DNA from: Lama glama
Lineage: Eukaryota
NCBI GenBank assembly: GCA_028534125.1
Contig: CM052845.1
Span: 6,510,001 to 6,574,000, forward strand
Length of the DNA: 64,000 bases
Direction of reading: 5' to 3'
Part shown: in pieces, positions 37,831 through 50,081 of the stretch
Position numbering within the stretch: position 1 is the first letter of the stretch
Layout of the letters: each line of letters starts with the position of its first letter
Translations under genes and position numbers: made by a program
The notes under the pieces: generated by a model
Database searches by the model: none
The model's input: the letters and a program-made list of their open reading frames with translations, nothing else
Told to the model about the DNA's origin: nothing

Positions 37831-38795
37831 TTTGTCTGTCTGTCTGTCCGCTTTCCCCCTTCCTTTCTCCTTCCTTTAGAAAATTATTGGAGGGCCAGAT
37901 CCTGAGGGGGTCTTACAGGCCACTGTAAGGACTGTGACTTTATCTTGCAGTGGGAAGAGCTGCTGAGTTTAGCCTGAAGGAGATTAAGGGTGGAATCAGG
38001 GAGACTAGTTAGGAGTCCATGGAAAGAAACCAGACAAAGCTTGGACCAGCTCAGAGCAGTGCATGTCCCTGGGAAGCATTGTGAAAGCTCGGAGGTCCTG
38101 TGCAAATGCTAGGTGTTATTAATGTGTGGTGGAAACTTCTTGGTGTAGGAGACAGAGTGCAGTGGAAATTCATGAAAAACAAGGGGTTAGATGTACCTGT
38201 GCCAACAACGCCTGGTGAAAAAGTAACAGAATGACATATATGACATAGGAACGTGTAAGTACATTAAAAATAAGTGCCCAGAAAAGGAGAACACATTTTT
38301 TTTTTCACAGAGACATTTAAATACAGAGACCTATATTAAATGCATAAAAATATTTGCCTGTGGGAAGGGTGGTAATGGCAGTGGGATATAGGGGGAAATA
38401 AAATGAATAAATAAATGGACTAGCAGACAGTAACCAGAGGGAGGGGACTGCTTTAGAGAGCTGGGGTCAATCTTAAGTACACTGTTTGGGGCAACTTACA
38501 AAAATTTTTGGAGCTTCAGCTTCCACCTCTTTCGAACAGGGTGGTCATACCTACTTAGTACCTATTTAGTATGTTTACTGCCATAAATGGGGCGATCTGA
38601 GTGACATGCCTGGCAGAGTATCCAGTGCACAGAATATTCTTCATAAATGTCAGATGCTTGCTTTCTCCTTCAGCTGCTCGGCAGTGTAACTGTGGGGACT
38701 CTGTGGAGTGAGGGGACTTGCTTTAGGGAATGTGAGGCTTGTGTTAACTCATCTCATATTTTTAAGTCTTTTTGTCCCCTTTTCTCTTAATGCAG

Positions 38796-39020
38796 GGCTT
38801 ACCACCCAAAACGTGGCAGGCAGACGTTACCCACCTGAGCTGTCCAGAGCCTACAACGTTTTCTTTCTCACCTCTGGCCCCACGCCGGAGCTCATTGCGA
38901 GAGATGTGGATACCGAGCTTCCAACAATCCAAGAAAGAAGCCCAGGCACTAAGGAGGCTGGTCGATAGGAACCAGAACTTCTCAGCTCAAGAGTTTTGGG
39001 CTCTAGTATTCAAGGACTAA
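38796..39020 (+). CDS. FUT10: FUT10 last coding exon (exon 5): GLPPKTWQADVTHLSCPEP...QEFWALVFKD*
   Basis: Long pyrimidine tract ending tgcag|GGC, phase 0. 74 codons plus TAA. Matches the recalled FUT10 C-terminus (EFWxLVFKD). Confidence 0.96.
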   Translation, partial: GLPPKTWQADVTHLSCPEPTTFSFSPLAPRRSSLREMWIPSFQQSKKEAQALRRLVDRNQNFSAQEFWALVFKD

Positions 39021-40650
39021 TATCAGAAAGTGTCCGAGTTTTATTTTCTAGGCTGCCTTAATATTTGAATGTAACAGCTGCTCTGTTGCCTGTCCTTAGG
39101 GTAAGAATTAATTGCTGCAGTACTCATAATGAGCTCTACCGAATGATAGATTGAATTACCCTCAGGGGTCACTTCTCTACTGTTTATACTAAAAAAGTAA
39201 ATATTTCTTACGGACAACTGGTCACCTTCAGTATGGACCCACGTACCTGCCACCTTTTGTGGAAATTCGCCTAATGCAGATGAGCGTTTTCCTTGCCGCC
39301 AGGAAACCCTGCAAGGAAGGCAGAGCACGTAGCCATGGACGCTTATCCTCACCTGACCGTCTGCATTTATTGGTATTTGGCGAGCCCAGGGTCCTGGTGC
39401 CGAGCACGAACGTGCAGTGTGTGAGAACTTGGCAGTGAGAGAGCCCCTCTGGCCGCGTCCAGGGATGTGAGTGGGTCCGGAAGGCTGTGAGAAAGTACTC
39501 TTCTAGCTACTCGCATCTAAAGAACATAGCACGTCTCTGCCTTCTCCAGACTCTCAGCCACCTCTCCACTTTTCTTGTTGTCACCTCACCCTGTCTCCTC
39601 CCCCTGCTCCTCCCTAACGTGGAACGTCTCGCGAAGACGTGTCTCCTTGTGTGTTTTGATCGGTGAGTACTTCCCAAGGGTCCCTTATTCTGCACAGAGG
39701 AGTAGGAAGTCACTGATTCGGGTGGCCCTCCTGTGCGCTTAGATCCCTGGGCGGGCAGAGGTGCCTGCCCGTGGGATCTCCGTCGTGTCGGGGCTGATCT
39801 GTCTTTTCTGGGGGTGATGTACGGCCTGCAGCGGTGGGCGGCCCCAGCGGTCTGGGAGCATTCCCCGTCTAACAGAGGTCCAGCTGTCTGTCTGGGGCTT
39901 CTGCTGGGGCTACACCAAAGACCAGGCAGAAAACACTGGCTCACATCCTCTTTCCTTGTGAGCGTGGGGAGGCTTGCAGATCACCCCAGAGCCTGTGGCC
40001 ACCCGATGTGCGATGGCTTTGGTATGTTTTATTGTGGAAAGACATAAGTTCCAGAGGACGGGAGGGGTCCTGGGGACACCTGTCCCTGACTTGGCCTGAG
40101 GGGGAATCTTGGGAAAGCGCCCTCCGCCACACCTGCTCTTTGATCCCTGCCAGGGGCAGTGTCTTCCTTCCGTGGCTCTCCCTCCGCTGTGCCAGAGGAC
40201 TGAGGACTGAGACCACTGCTTTCTCTTGGAAGCAGGAAGGGTCCCATTGCTTCTCCCTTGTGACTGGGTTGCTCCCAATCCCAGCTCTGCCATTAACGGA
40301 ATGTGATTTTGTACAAGTCTCTTAACCTCCCTGTCCTTAGTTTTTTGTATCAGAAAGAAGTGGCAGGGCTGGTCTTTGAAGTTCTTTTCTGTGTCAGATT
40401 CTTTAATTGTTTAAGAAGCTTCATTTCATAGGTGTTTTTACCAAGATAGTAACAAACTAGTGAAGGGCCATCATGTGTTTTTAGCAAGGGAAGCCCACTC
40501 TTCATTAGAGGAAGAGGCATACTTATTGGGTAGGATTGGGGATGGAAAGGATTTTATCTCTCTGCCATTTTATCTGGTAATTTCAAAAGGAAAAGGATTG
40601 GAAAGGGGGATTGTTTATTAAAGGCCAGATTTTAAGTTGTGTATTAAGTG
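39021..40650 (+). other. FUT10: Probable FUT10 3'UTR (about 1.6 kb)
   Basis: Mostly non-repetitive sequence from the stop codon to the first ATTAAA/AATAAA I found. The end is inferred. Confidence 0.5.
40617..40622 (+). terminator. Candidate polyadenylation signal ATTAAA
   Basis: First ATTAAA/AATAAA found after the stop, followed by a GT/T-rich tract (gatgtatttttgtttgtatgcttgttt). Confidence 0.5.
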
Positions 40651-40674
40651 ATGTATTTTTGTTTGTATGCTTGT

Positions 40675-40795
40675 TTCTTTCTTCTCTTCTCTTCCTTTCC
40701 ATCCCTTCCCTTTCCTTCCCTTCCCTTCCCTTTCCTTCCCTTCCTTCCCCTCCCCTCCCCTGCCCTCCCCTCCCCCCTCCTTTCTTTTCCCACTC
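40675..40795. repeat. Polypyrimidine simple repeat (CCCTT/CCCCT)n
   Basis: About 120 bp almost entirely C/T. Confidence 0.92.
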
Positions 40796-40924
40796 TTAAA
40801 AGAAAGCCCAAGATGTGATTTGTGCCTCTGGTGAGATATTATCAGGTAGTTTCTCCTTCATAAATGCCTTAAGCAAATACTCAGTGTTTATATGCTGCAT
40901 GTATGTCTTAAACCCCAACTTTAA

Positions 40925-41080
40925 AATTTTTTTTAAGTCTTGTCGGTTTACAACATTGTGTTAGTTTCTGATATACAGCGTAGTGATTATATACAGCATA
41001 TGTATTCCTTGATATATTCTTTTTCATTATAGGTTATTACAAGGTATTGACTGTGGTTCCCTGTGCTACACAGTAGGAGC
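40925..41080 (-). mobile_element. L1 3' end, 5'-truncated
   Basis: gtcggtttacaacattgtgttagtttctg...ttccctgtgctacacagtagg, same family as 12380-12832. Confidence 0.8.
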
Positions 41081-41477
41081 TCTGCTTTCTAAGTTCCATG
41101 TGCAGCTCTCCATGTGTTTCATCTGTGTTGACCCCATTGTATCACACCTTTTTCTTAGCCTCAGTGTCTCTATTATTGAAATATGATTGAGAAAGTGTCC
41201 CACCTCACGGGGCTGTTGTGAGGGTGACTCGTGCTGTGAGGGACTTCCTTCAGGGCAACTTTCTGGTTAGGGCTTCAGGACCCTTTACTTAGATTATTCC
41301 CAAATACTTATTTTCAAAGTAGTGTGTCGAGACGGGTTAGAAACATTTTCAGAGATGTTGAAGAAAATGATGACTGATGCTAGTTAACAGTCTTCACTTT
41401 TTCATCTGAAAATATAGGCAACGTTGGCCTTTGACCACGTAGCAAGTGCAGTATTTCAGAACCTGAACGCTGACTTA

Positions 41478-42080
41478 TAGGCGGTGTATGATGTCTTGTC
41501 TTATGGTTAAATCTTTAAGCCATTTTGAGTTTATTTTTGTGTATGGAATGAGGGAGTGTTCTAATTTCATTGATTTGCATGCTGCTGTCCAGTTTTCCCA
41601 GAACCACTTGCTGAAGAGACTGTCTTTCCTCCATTGTATATTCTCGCCTCCTTTGTCGAAGATTAATTGACTGTAGGCATGTGGGTTGATTTCTGGGTTC
41701 TCTTTTCTGTTCTACTGATCCATATGTGTCTGTTTTTGTGCCAGTGCCACACTGTTTTGATTACTGTAGCTCTGTAATCTTATCTGAAGTCTGGGAGGGT
41801 TATTCCTCTAGCTTTGTTCCTTTTTTCAATATTGCTTTGGCAATTCTGGGTCTTTCATGATTCCATATAAATTTCAGGATTATTTGTTCCAGTTCTGTGA
41901 AAAATGTCCTGGGTAATTTGATAGGGATTACATTAAACCTGTAGCTTGCTTTAAGGTAGTATAGCCACTTTAACAATATTAATTCTTCCAAGCCAGAAGC
42001 ATGGGATATCTTTTCATTTCTTTAAATCATCTTTAATTTCTTTAATCAATGTTTTATAGTTCTCCACGTATAAGTCTTTC
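41478..42080 (-). mobile_element. L1 ORF2 fragment
   Basis: Minus-strand [44 protein letters not shown] is canonical ORF2p. Confidence 0.92.
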
Positions 42081-45000
42081 AGAGAGCAATTTTTAAAATT
42101 AAATTATTTTTTCAGTTGAAGAGTTCCATAAGTGAAAATGGAATTTCCAATGGATTACTTTAAAATTATTGATCACTTGAAAACTGAGGTAAGATAAAAG
42201 ACAATCAGAGCTTTCAATGAGGGAAAAAGAAGCCTTTGGTTTTTTCCAATGGAAAAACAAGAAAAAAGGTGTATGAAAAAACAAGAAAAATATTTTTAAA
42301 ATGTATCAAGGAAATGATCATTATTTGGGTCACTCAGAATGTCAGGCAGCCTGAAATTTATTGAAGTGTCCAGTACTTTGTAATGGAACATTTAATATGT
42401 GCCAGGAATTATTCTGGGCCCCAGTGATACAGCAATAAATGGAACTGACAAAACCGCTGGCACCTTGGAGCTTACATTCTAGTTCTAGCAGGGGAGTGGA
42501 AATGGGAATACTCTAGCAAAATAGAAGTCACTTCCAGGGGGTCTTTATTTCTTTACTCTGTAAGAGCCCCATAAGATGGAATTTACTTCCTGAGTTTCTG
42601 CTACTCTCTTCGAAACACGAGGTGTGATATAAATGGGTTCTGTTGATAGAACGTGTTAAATATGCTGTATTGGCAAGATGTGTTCAAAGCACTGGGAGGT
42701 CACGTTTGAAGTGAGTTGGCCAGTCTAGAAGCCAAGCGCTTCTCAAGTTCTTTTCATCTTTTGCTCCATTGTTCTATTCCCGTTCCCCAGAAGAAGAGTC
42801 ATTTCTTCAGTCAACATCGTGTGACTTCCAGCAAGAGTGAGAAGTGACTTGGGAGTGGGAACAGCCGCGGGGAGCTCACTGGGCGAGCGGTTCTGCTGTG
42901 TGGCTCAACCCCTGAGTAAGGAGCTGGGGCGAGTCAACGGTCACTTCATTGTGGCACCTGAAGGTGTCTGCTCTTACAAGCTGCATTCAGTCATCGCGTG
43001 CATAGCTGACACACCACTAGTAGGACTCCTTTCACCACTGCAATAATATTACCTGCTAGTCTGGGGGAATGCCGGTCACTTAGGTGAACATCTTTCAGTC
43101 ACGAAGCATAATCACAGACGCCTTCCCCCTCCTGTTTTCATGGTCTGCATCCCAGCTTCAGTATTAGCCTGGAGCAGTTTTCTCTCTGTAAGGCAATTCA
43201 AACCAAGACAAACTCCTTTGACTAGTTAGGCCCCTAATGTTCTTAGATTTTTATCAGAATAACTAGAAAGGGAGATAAAAACCTTTTGGAGATAGGAAAG
43301 GTGGAAGCTCGTAGTAAAAGAAATGTGATGTTACTTTAACAGAGTGAAGCAGGACAAAGCCCTGATAACACAGCTCATCCAGTGCTGTGACACCAGTAAT
43401 CGACAGGTCCAAGTTTCAAACCCAAGATTGTTTTATTTGTGTAAACTTTTTCCGCCATGCTCCGTTTTCTCCCATGGGGAGAGCTGGAGATTGCTGTAAT
43501 TCTTTGCAGTACTCCTGAAAAAATAAAATGTCCCTTTATCCCACTGACAGGGAAGAATTCAGTTCTGCTCTTAGTTTTAAGATAAATGTGAAATTCTTTA
43601 CTAGGGGAAGGGAGCCTACTTATAAGTCAATGTGTGTCTTCAGAAACTTTCTTGTGATGTTGGAATTATAAATAATTTGGTTTGAATGTTGAGAAATTAA
43701 ACACTTGGAAAAGCCTATAAGTTGGCCTCAAAAGATATTCCCATCTTTGAGAAGGCCTCCATTTGATGGTTTCACATCTGATTTGTTTTCAGAGGCTCAT
43801 GCAACTCTGTGCACACAAATGCTTCCACTACCCTGAAGTGAGGGCTGGCAGAGCAGAGCTCACAGAGGACTGCTGGGGAGTGGAGCTCATAACAAAAACT
43901 CAGAAAAAAAATGTAGTAAAACTGTGTTATGGAAAACGAGCTTTAAAGGTCGAAGAAAATAGGGTATGATGTCATTTCCCTGTTGCCTACTTATGCCCAT
44001 CTCCGCCCTCCCCACACACATCCCAGGTCTGAGAAGCAAAGACAGCAGTCAGCAGGGCTGTGATTCTTTCTAATTTGAGGCTTATCCAGAATTTCCTTTA
44101 ATTTTGCAATTATAGGTAATGACACGGTTCCCAAAATTCATATTCTGCCCCCATCTTTTGGAAAAGCAACACCTCCAAGTAAACTTTATTATAAGAGGCT
44201 TTCACATTTTCAGAAAGTTTGCGGGCGATCGGGGGAATGAGAATGACAAGAAACAGAAGGTTTGGGCAATGAAGAAGATGTGAAAAATGCACCTTCTGGG
44301 GAGATGTAAAAAGAGCATCAGGTTGGCGACGCTGCAGCTGCTGCTCACGGTCATGGTTCCAGAGAAGAAGCCTTTCTTTCCACGGGTTTCTTTACAGAGG
44401 CCAACACCTCAGTTTCGGTTTCAGGAAATCCCCAAACAGGAAATGAGATGTTGTAGGCTTTGGGCTTTGGGGACAGACTCATGAGAGAGATACATTTCAA
44501 CAATCTAAAAGTTGCTCTTCTTGGCTTCGGAAGCCGGGTAGCCTAGCCAAAGTGAGGCAGTCTTCCTCCTTCTGCCTGCGGTGGGCTCAGGTGCCCGCAG
44601 CCACACCACCCATCACCTCAGAATCAGTGTTTCATAAACATGATCCTCACCTCGACACAGGAGCTCTGCTCGGGCTGCAGAGACAGCCCTTTAGCAAACT
44701 GGAGGGTCATTCATGAACGGTTTGGAAAACCAGGAGAAAACAACCCCTCATCTTGCGTGGACGAGAAGGAATCTGATTTGGCAGGAGCGAGGCGGGGACT
44801 GCTGTCGAACTTGGGTTTGAACAGTCTGATCTCAGTGCTGGCAGCCTCTGCGATGACCTTGGAAAATACCTCGTGTCAGCGTGATCAGAACCTCCAGACA
44901 AAACATGTGAGTTCAGCCAGACATTTGAGTTTCCAACTGCCTGTTTGCCATCATAGAGAGACTGTCTTCATCGCGTTGGACTTCAGTTTGAGCCTCAAAA

Positions 45001-46584
45001 AAGCTGTTAAGATGGGGTCCCTCTCTACCCCCATTCTCTCCCTTTTGAACACCCCCACAAACAAATGATGGGGCCATGACTGGACAATGCAGCTACATCA
45101 AGCTATTGTACGGTTCACATCTTACCTAGAATACAGTGGAGGTGGATTTAGGTGAATTTGGAGATGACTGGAGAGAGATGCTAAGACTGGCAACTTAACC
45201 ATGTTACCAGGATTTACAAATCTTCTTCAGTGCTGTTCTCCGCATTCGTGCTAGCTGCTCCCAGTTAAACAGAGAACTTGGTCTCAGGCAGCGTCCAGCT
45301 TCTCTCAGGTTTACGTGTGTCACAGATTCCTGCAGGGCACTGCCCACTCAGGTAATTGGTTAATCGGAAGTAGCATTAATTGTTTGATGTCTGTTATACA
45401 GGAGGAGAGGGTGGTTCCAGGGTAAACATGAGAACAGCCAGAGGTGAGTGGCAGCATCTCCCATGGACTCTAGGCATTCCAAGTGAGCTTGGCAATTATC
45501 TAAGAAAGAAAGGAGCGACATGTGGTTTTTTTTTCCCCAGTGGGGGATTTCATTGTCCATTTGGGTCCCTCTGTTTACTGCATCTCAGAGAAACCATGAC
45601 AACCACATTTGTCTCTATTTCCTCTCCCCTAGATGCTTCTGTTCCATCTGTTCGGTATTCACCAATGAAGTCAACATTTTGTCTCTCTTCTCATTATAAA
45701 TAAAAGTTCAATTATGCGAGTTCATTTTTTTTTTAAAGTAAAAGAAAATAAAAATTAAAAGGTGGTGCCTGGCTTGATAAATTGTTCAGTACCTTCTCTA
45801 CACTTCCTCTGTCTTGATGTTCACTGACATGTGACATGTTCATTTATTTGATTTGTCATAAATTGTCTGTGCAGTATGCAGAGATGTAACATCCCAGGAA
45901 AACAAAATGGAAAAACCCTGCTTTGCAGATGTATATCCTTGTGATGAAGAAAACGCCTCCTCTGTTTGCAGTCATAGTGGTGCTTGTCTTGATCTAAAGG
46001 TATTTCTTTTACTTCCAAAATCTCAGGTAGTGGCAACCAGGAGCACCTGTCTCCTTCCAAGCCCTTTTACAAGCTCTTAGGGTCAGGTGGCTCTTTGATG
46101 TGCACTGCACAAGGAAGAGGTAACAAAGAGAAAGAAATACATGGCTCAACTTCAGTGGGACACCAGTGGGACCTCTTTCTGTGGTGTAGGGGGTCCTTTT
46201 GCATTGGAGTCCCACTGATGGAGTAGTCCAGGACAGTGCCTCCCCAGGCCCAGGAGTCCTGCCTTGCGTCTTGGGTTGCCTTTGCTGTTAACGACCTCTG
46301 TGGCCTCGAGCAAAGCATTTTACCTCACTGTGAACCCCCGTTCCTTCATATGTAAAGTGAGGTAGAACTGGATGACATGTAAGGCCCCAAAGAGCTTTAA
46401 AATGGTACTTTTCTGTTTCACGACTAAACACTAAACACTGGCTAAAGGTTTTGTGAGTTTCTCTCTCTTACCCCATCTGCACAGTTCTAGCCTAGGTCCT
46501 CTTCTTTCCTCGCTCTGTGACCTTTCTCATCCACCTGGTCCACTTCACATTTTCAACTGTCATTAATTTACTTATGACAAAACA

Positions 46585-46800
46585 TTTTAAAAAATGGGCT
46601 TTACCGCATTATAATCACATACACTACAGTGCACCCATTTCAAGTTCAGTGAATTCTTTCCCATGTATACAGCTCTATATCCTCCACCCCAGTTAAGATA
46701 TAGGACGTGTACGTCACCCCAGTAAGTCCCCTTGTTCTCCTTTGTAGTCAGTACTCCCTTATTCACAGCCCTAGACACTCACTGATACGTATTCTGACAC
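46585..46800 (-). mobile_element. Old L1M 3' end fragment
   Basis: gtgcacccatttcaagttcagtgaattct, cccagttaagatatagga, tcaccccagtaagtcccc. Confidence 0.65.
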
Positions 46801-48624
46801 CAAACATTTCTTTTTCTCCTCGAAGCCATGTTTCTGATCGTGATCAAGTATGTATGTTCAACTGCCCACTGGGAAACTTGACTTAGAAGCAGTCCAGACC
46901 CCTCGACCTCAACGAAATGAAAGTCAAGATCTTTCCTCCGTAAATCTGTCTAATCACCAACATCGCACACTTGGGCATCATCTGTATTCCTTCTCTGCCT
47001 TCTCTTCCCCTGTTAACCCATCCCACTTAGCAATTCTAATGTATTTACATCAGTCCCTTCCTTCTGCCAACCGCAGTCTAGTCCCACCAAGTTCAGGAGC
47101 TCCGTGGAGCTCTTGCAAGGTCACACGCCACATCCTTCCACCTCGCAGCTCAGATGACCTGTGCGTAGCCTTTTCCCAATATATTTATATGGTGTCAGCT
47201 TTGTGGTCTGATCACTTTGGGGCCTTTCTCTCAATAAAACTTCTCTCTTGTATGTCAAACTCTACCTAGCTTAGCATCCTTTAATTTAATATCCACTCAT
47301 CTCCTTTGGGATAATGACTCCTTTAAATTTAAAAAAAATTTTTTTGTATATATATATATTTTTAAATTGAAGTACAGTTACAATGTGTCAATCTCTGCTG
47401 TATGACTCTTCTAATATAACCCTTCCCTGACTTTCCAAGCTCACTTCTTACCTTTCCCGCATTAATATGACCCTGGGCTCTGCTATACTGAACTCATTAT
47501 ATGTTGCCTGAATACTCATTGCTTTCTTCATACCACTGCATCTTTGTGTACACTGTTTTATTTCCTCTGCTTGGAGTATCTGATGAATCGCTATTTATCC
47601 TTCAAGACTCAGCTCAAATTATTTCCTCCGTGAAGCCTTCCCTAATACTCTCAAAGGTGATTATTATGTCTTCTTCTTTTCTTTCATGACACCTTGTGCA
47701 TTTCTCCTTTGTGATCACCAAGATGGCACTCCAGTGGAGACAAGGCAGGAACAGTGCAACCCATTCCTCAAAATGGTCTGAACCGTTGACAGGTTAAGCT
47801 CACGTGTACATACTTACACACGTGCACATCTGCACACCTACAGGGAATGGGGAAGAACACAGGGAAGGTTCTTTAACTTTTGGTTCTACCTTCTGGCTCA
47901 ATTAAGAGTTGTAATGAGGAGGTGGGCTTTGGGAGTGACTCTCCTGCCACATTTCATTAGCTTCGCCTTCTCTGGTTTCTTTCAGCTGATCTGAGACTTC
48001 GTATGTTTTGTTGCCTACTCAGAGTCCTGCTGCTTCTCTGCAGGTGAGAGTCCCTGCACTGCCAGGCCGTCTGCTGGACACCACCCCAGGGAGAGGGAAA
48101 AGGCCCCCCCCAGTGTTCTAGACAGTGCGGTGCTGCAGTCCCACAGGCAGGTTCTGCCAGTTGTCTTGCTGTAATATCATGTCTCCTGCTCCCTTGTCTT
48201 AGCCTGGTCTGGTACGCACCTGCCGTCAGGAGGGAGAACCTGTCCTGCAGTGTCTGTGACAGGACATACTACACAGTAATTTTCATGATCTGTTTATGTG
48301 TTTGTCTCCTGCAGACTGTCTTGAAGGTCAGATGGTGTTTTTGTTTTTTGTTGTTTCACTTTTTGTATATATTCCTAGTGCCCAGCACAGTGCCTGGCAG
48401 AATCAATAAATGAATGAATCTCATTTATGAATCTGAATCCCACCTATACACACTTACATTACCAAAGTTAATGATGTCTAAGTAGCATATTCTGCCTTAA
48501 TTAAAAGCCTGTTCACGAGTAAATTAAAAGGTGTTTGAGTATCTACAAATGTGTTTGATTTAAAACATTTCCCACTTAAAATTAGCAATAAATGTAGGCC
48601 ATATTTTCACGTACTGTTACTTCT

Positions 48625-48801
48625 ATTTTTCCTTAGTTGAAGTGTAGTCAGTTTATAATGCTGTGTTAATTTCTGATGTACAGTTAGTGATCCAGTTATA
48701 CATATATGTGTATTTCTTTTTATATTCTTTCTCATTATAGGCTATTACAAGGTATTGAATATAGTTCCCTGTGCTATGCAGTAGGACCTTGCTGTTTATC
48801 T
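48625..48801 (-). mobile_element. L1 3' end, 5'-truncated
   Basis: ttgaagtgtagtcagtttataatg...attgaatatagttccctgtgctatgcagtaggaccttgctgtttatc. Confidence 0.85.
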
Positions 48802-49894
48802 GCTTTGGTGACAATTTTTCTTAGCGTTCCAATTATACAAGAACTTCTACCAAAGTTCAGTAGGTATTCTGTGAGAATCATTCCACACTTAGATGTAGTT
48901 TTGATGTATTTGTGGGAGAGGATGAATGCAGCCTCCTTCTATCTTGAAGCCCCTCTCATGTGCTGATACTTCTAATTCAAGTCCTTATAATTTAAAACAG
49001 AAGTTAAAGCCAAGCATAGATAATTAATTTGGATAATTAATTTGCCAAGTTTTTGTGTTGGTGGTAGACATATAGATATAATATATAGTAATAAGAAATA
49101 TTTGGGGAGGCTAGGGTACATTAAGAGAGAAGACAATAAGCACTCAGAAAATGCAACCAAAGAGCATACACTTAGTTCTTTAGCACGTTTAAAAGAGGAA
49201 GCTAAGTGTCAGTTCAGAGTGCTGAGTGCGGAAGGTCAAGGTGGAGCTCCTTTTTTTCCCTAGGGGATGGGAAAGCCTGGGTGGTCTCTTGTTTCTGTAC
49301 AGATGGTGACAGGCCCAGGGGAAAGGACACCTGGAAGTCAGCTGGCTTTTGATAAATGTTTGTTGAAGAATAGGTTATATTGCTAAGTGTCGGAAAGTTG
49401 GGTAAAGCAATCAAGAAGTCCTTCGGAGCTATGTATGCCTTTGAAATGCCAACAATGTACAGTAAGTTCAGATTTTATGGAGAGATCATACTTCCTTGCC
49501 AGGAACTAAAATCTCTTGGAAACTCTCTGACTAGCCTGCCTCATGATGACCTTTGCTTGCTTTGAGTAACTCTGACATTTATGGGGGCCGTCTGTGTTCT
49601 CTGCATTTATTTAACGTGTGTCTGTATATTGCTTAGGATGGTCCCAAGTTGCATCTCATCCCCTAGATTATCTTGTCTTAGGGGGTTTGTGTCTGTCTTT
49701 GCATTCTCTATAGCTCAATATGTATCTACTACGTTCCAAACATTTTTGCATATGGCTGTCATGTGATTCAAGTCTCAAAACAACTTTGTAAGTGAAAATA
49801 CTATTACTCTGTTTTTTGCAGATGGGAAAACAGAGGCAGCATGTCAAGTAACTTATCCAAATTTACACAGCGACTTAAGTGGCTGAGTCTAGAT

Positions 49895-50081
49895 TTCTTT
49901 TCTTTTTTTTTCAATTGAAATATAGTCAGTTTACAATGTTGTGTCAATTTCTGATGTACAGCCCAATAGTTCAGTCATTCATGTACATACATATATTTGT
50001 TTTCATATTCTTTTTCATTATAGGTTACTACAAGATATTGAAAATAGTTTCTTGTGCTCTACAGTATAAACTTGTTTATCT
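49895..50081 (-). mobile_element. L1 3' end, 5'-truncated, inserted in a MIR-like sequence
   Basis: Poly-T, then attgaaatatagtcagtttacaatgttgtgtc...cttgtttatct. Confidence 0.85.
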
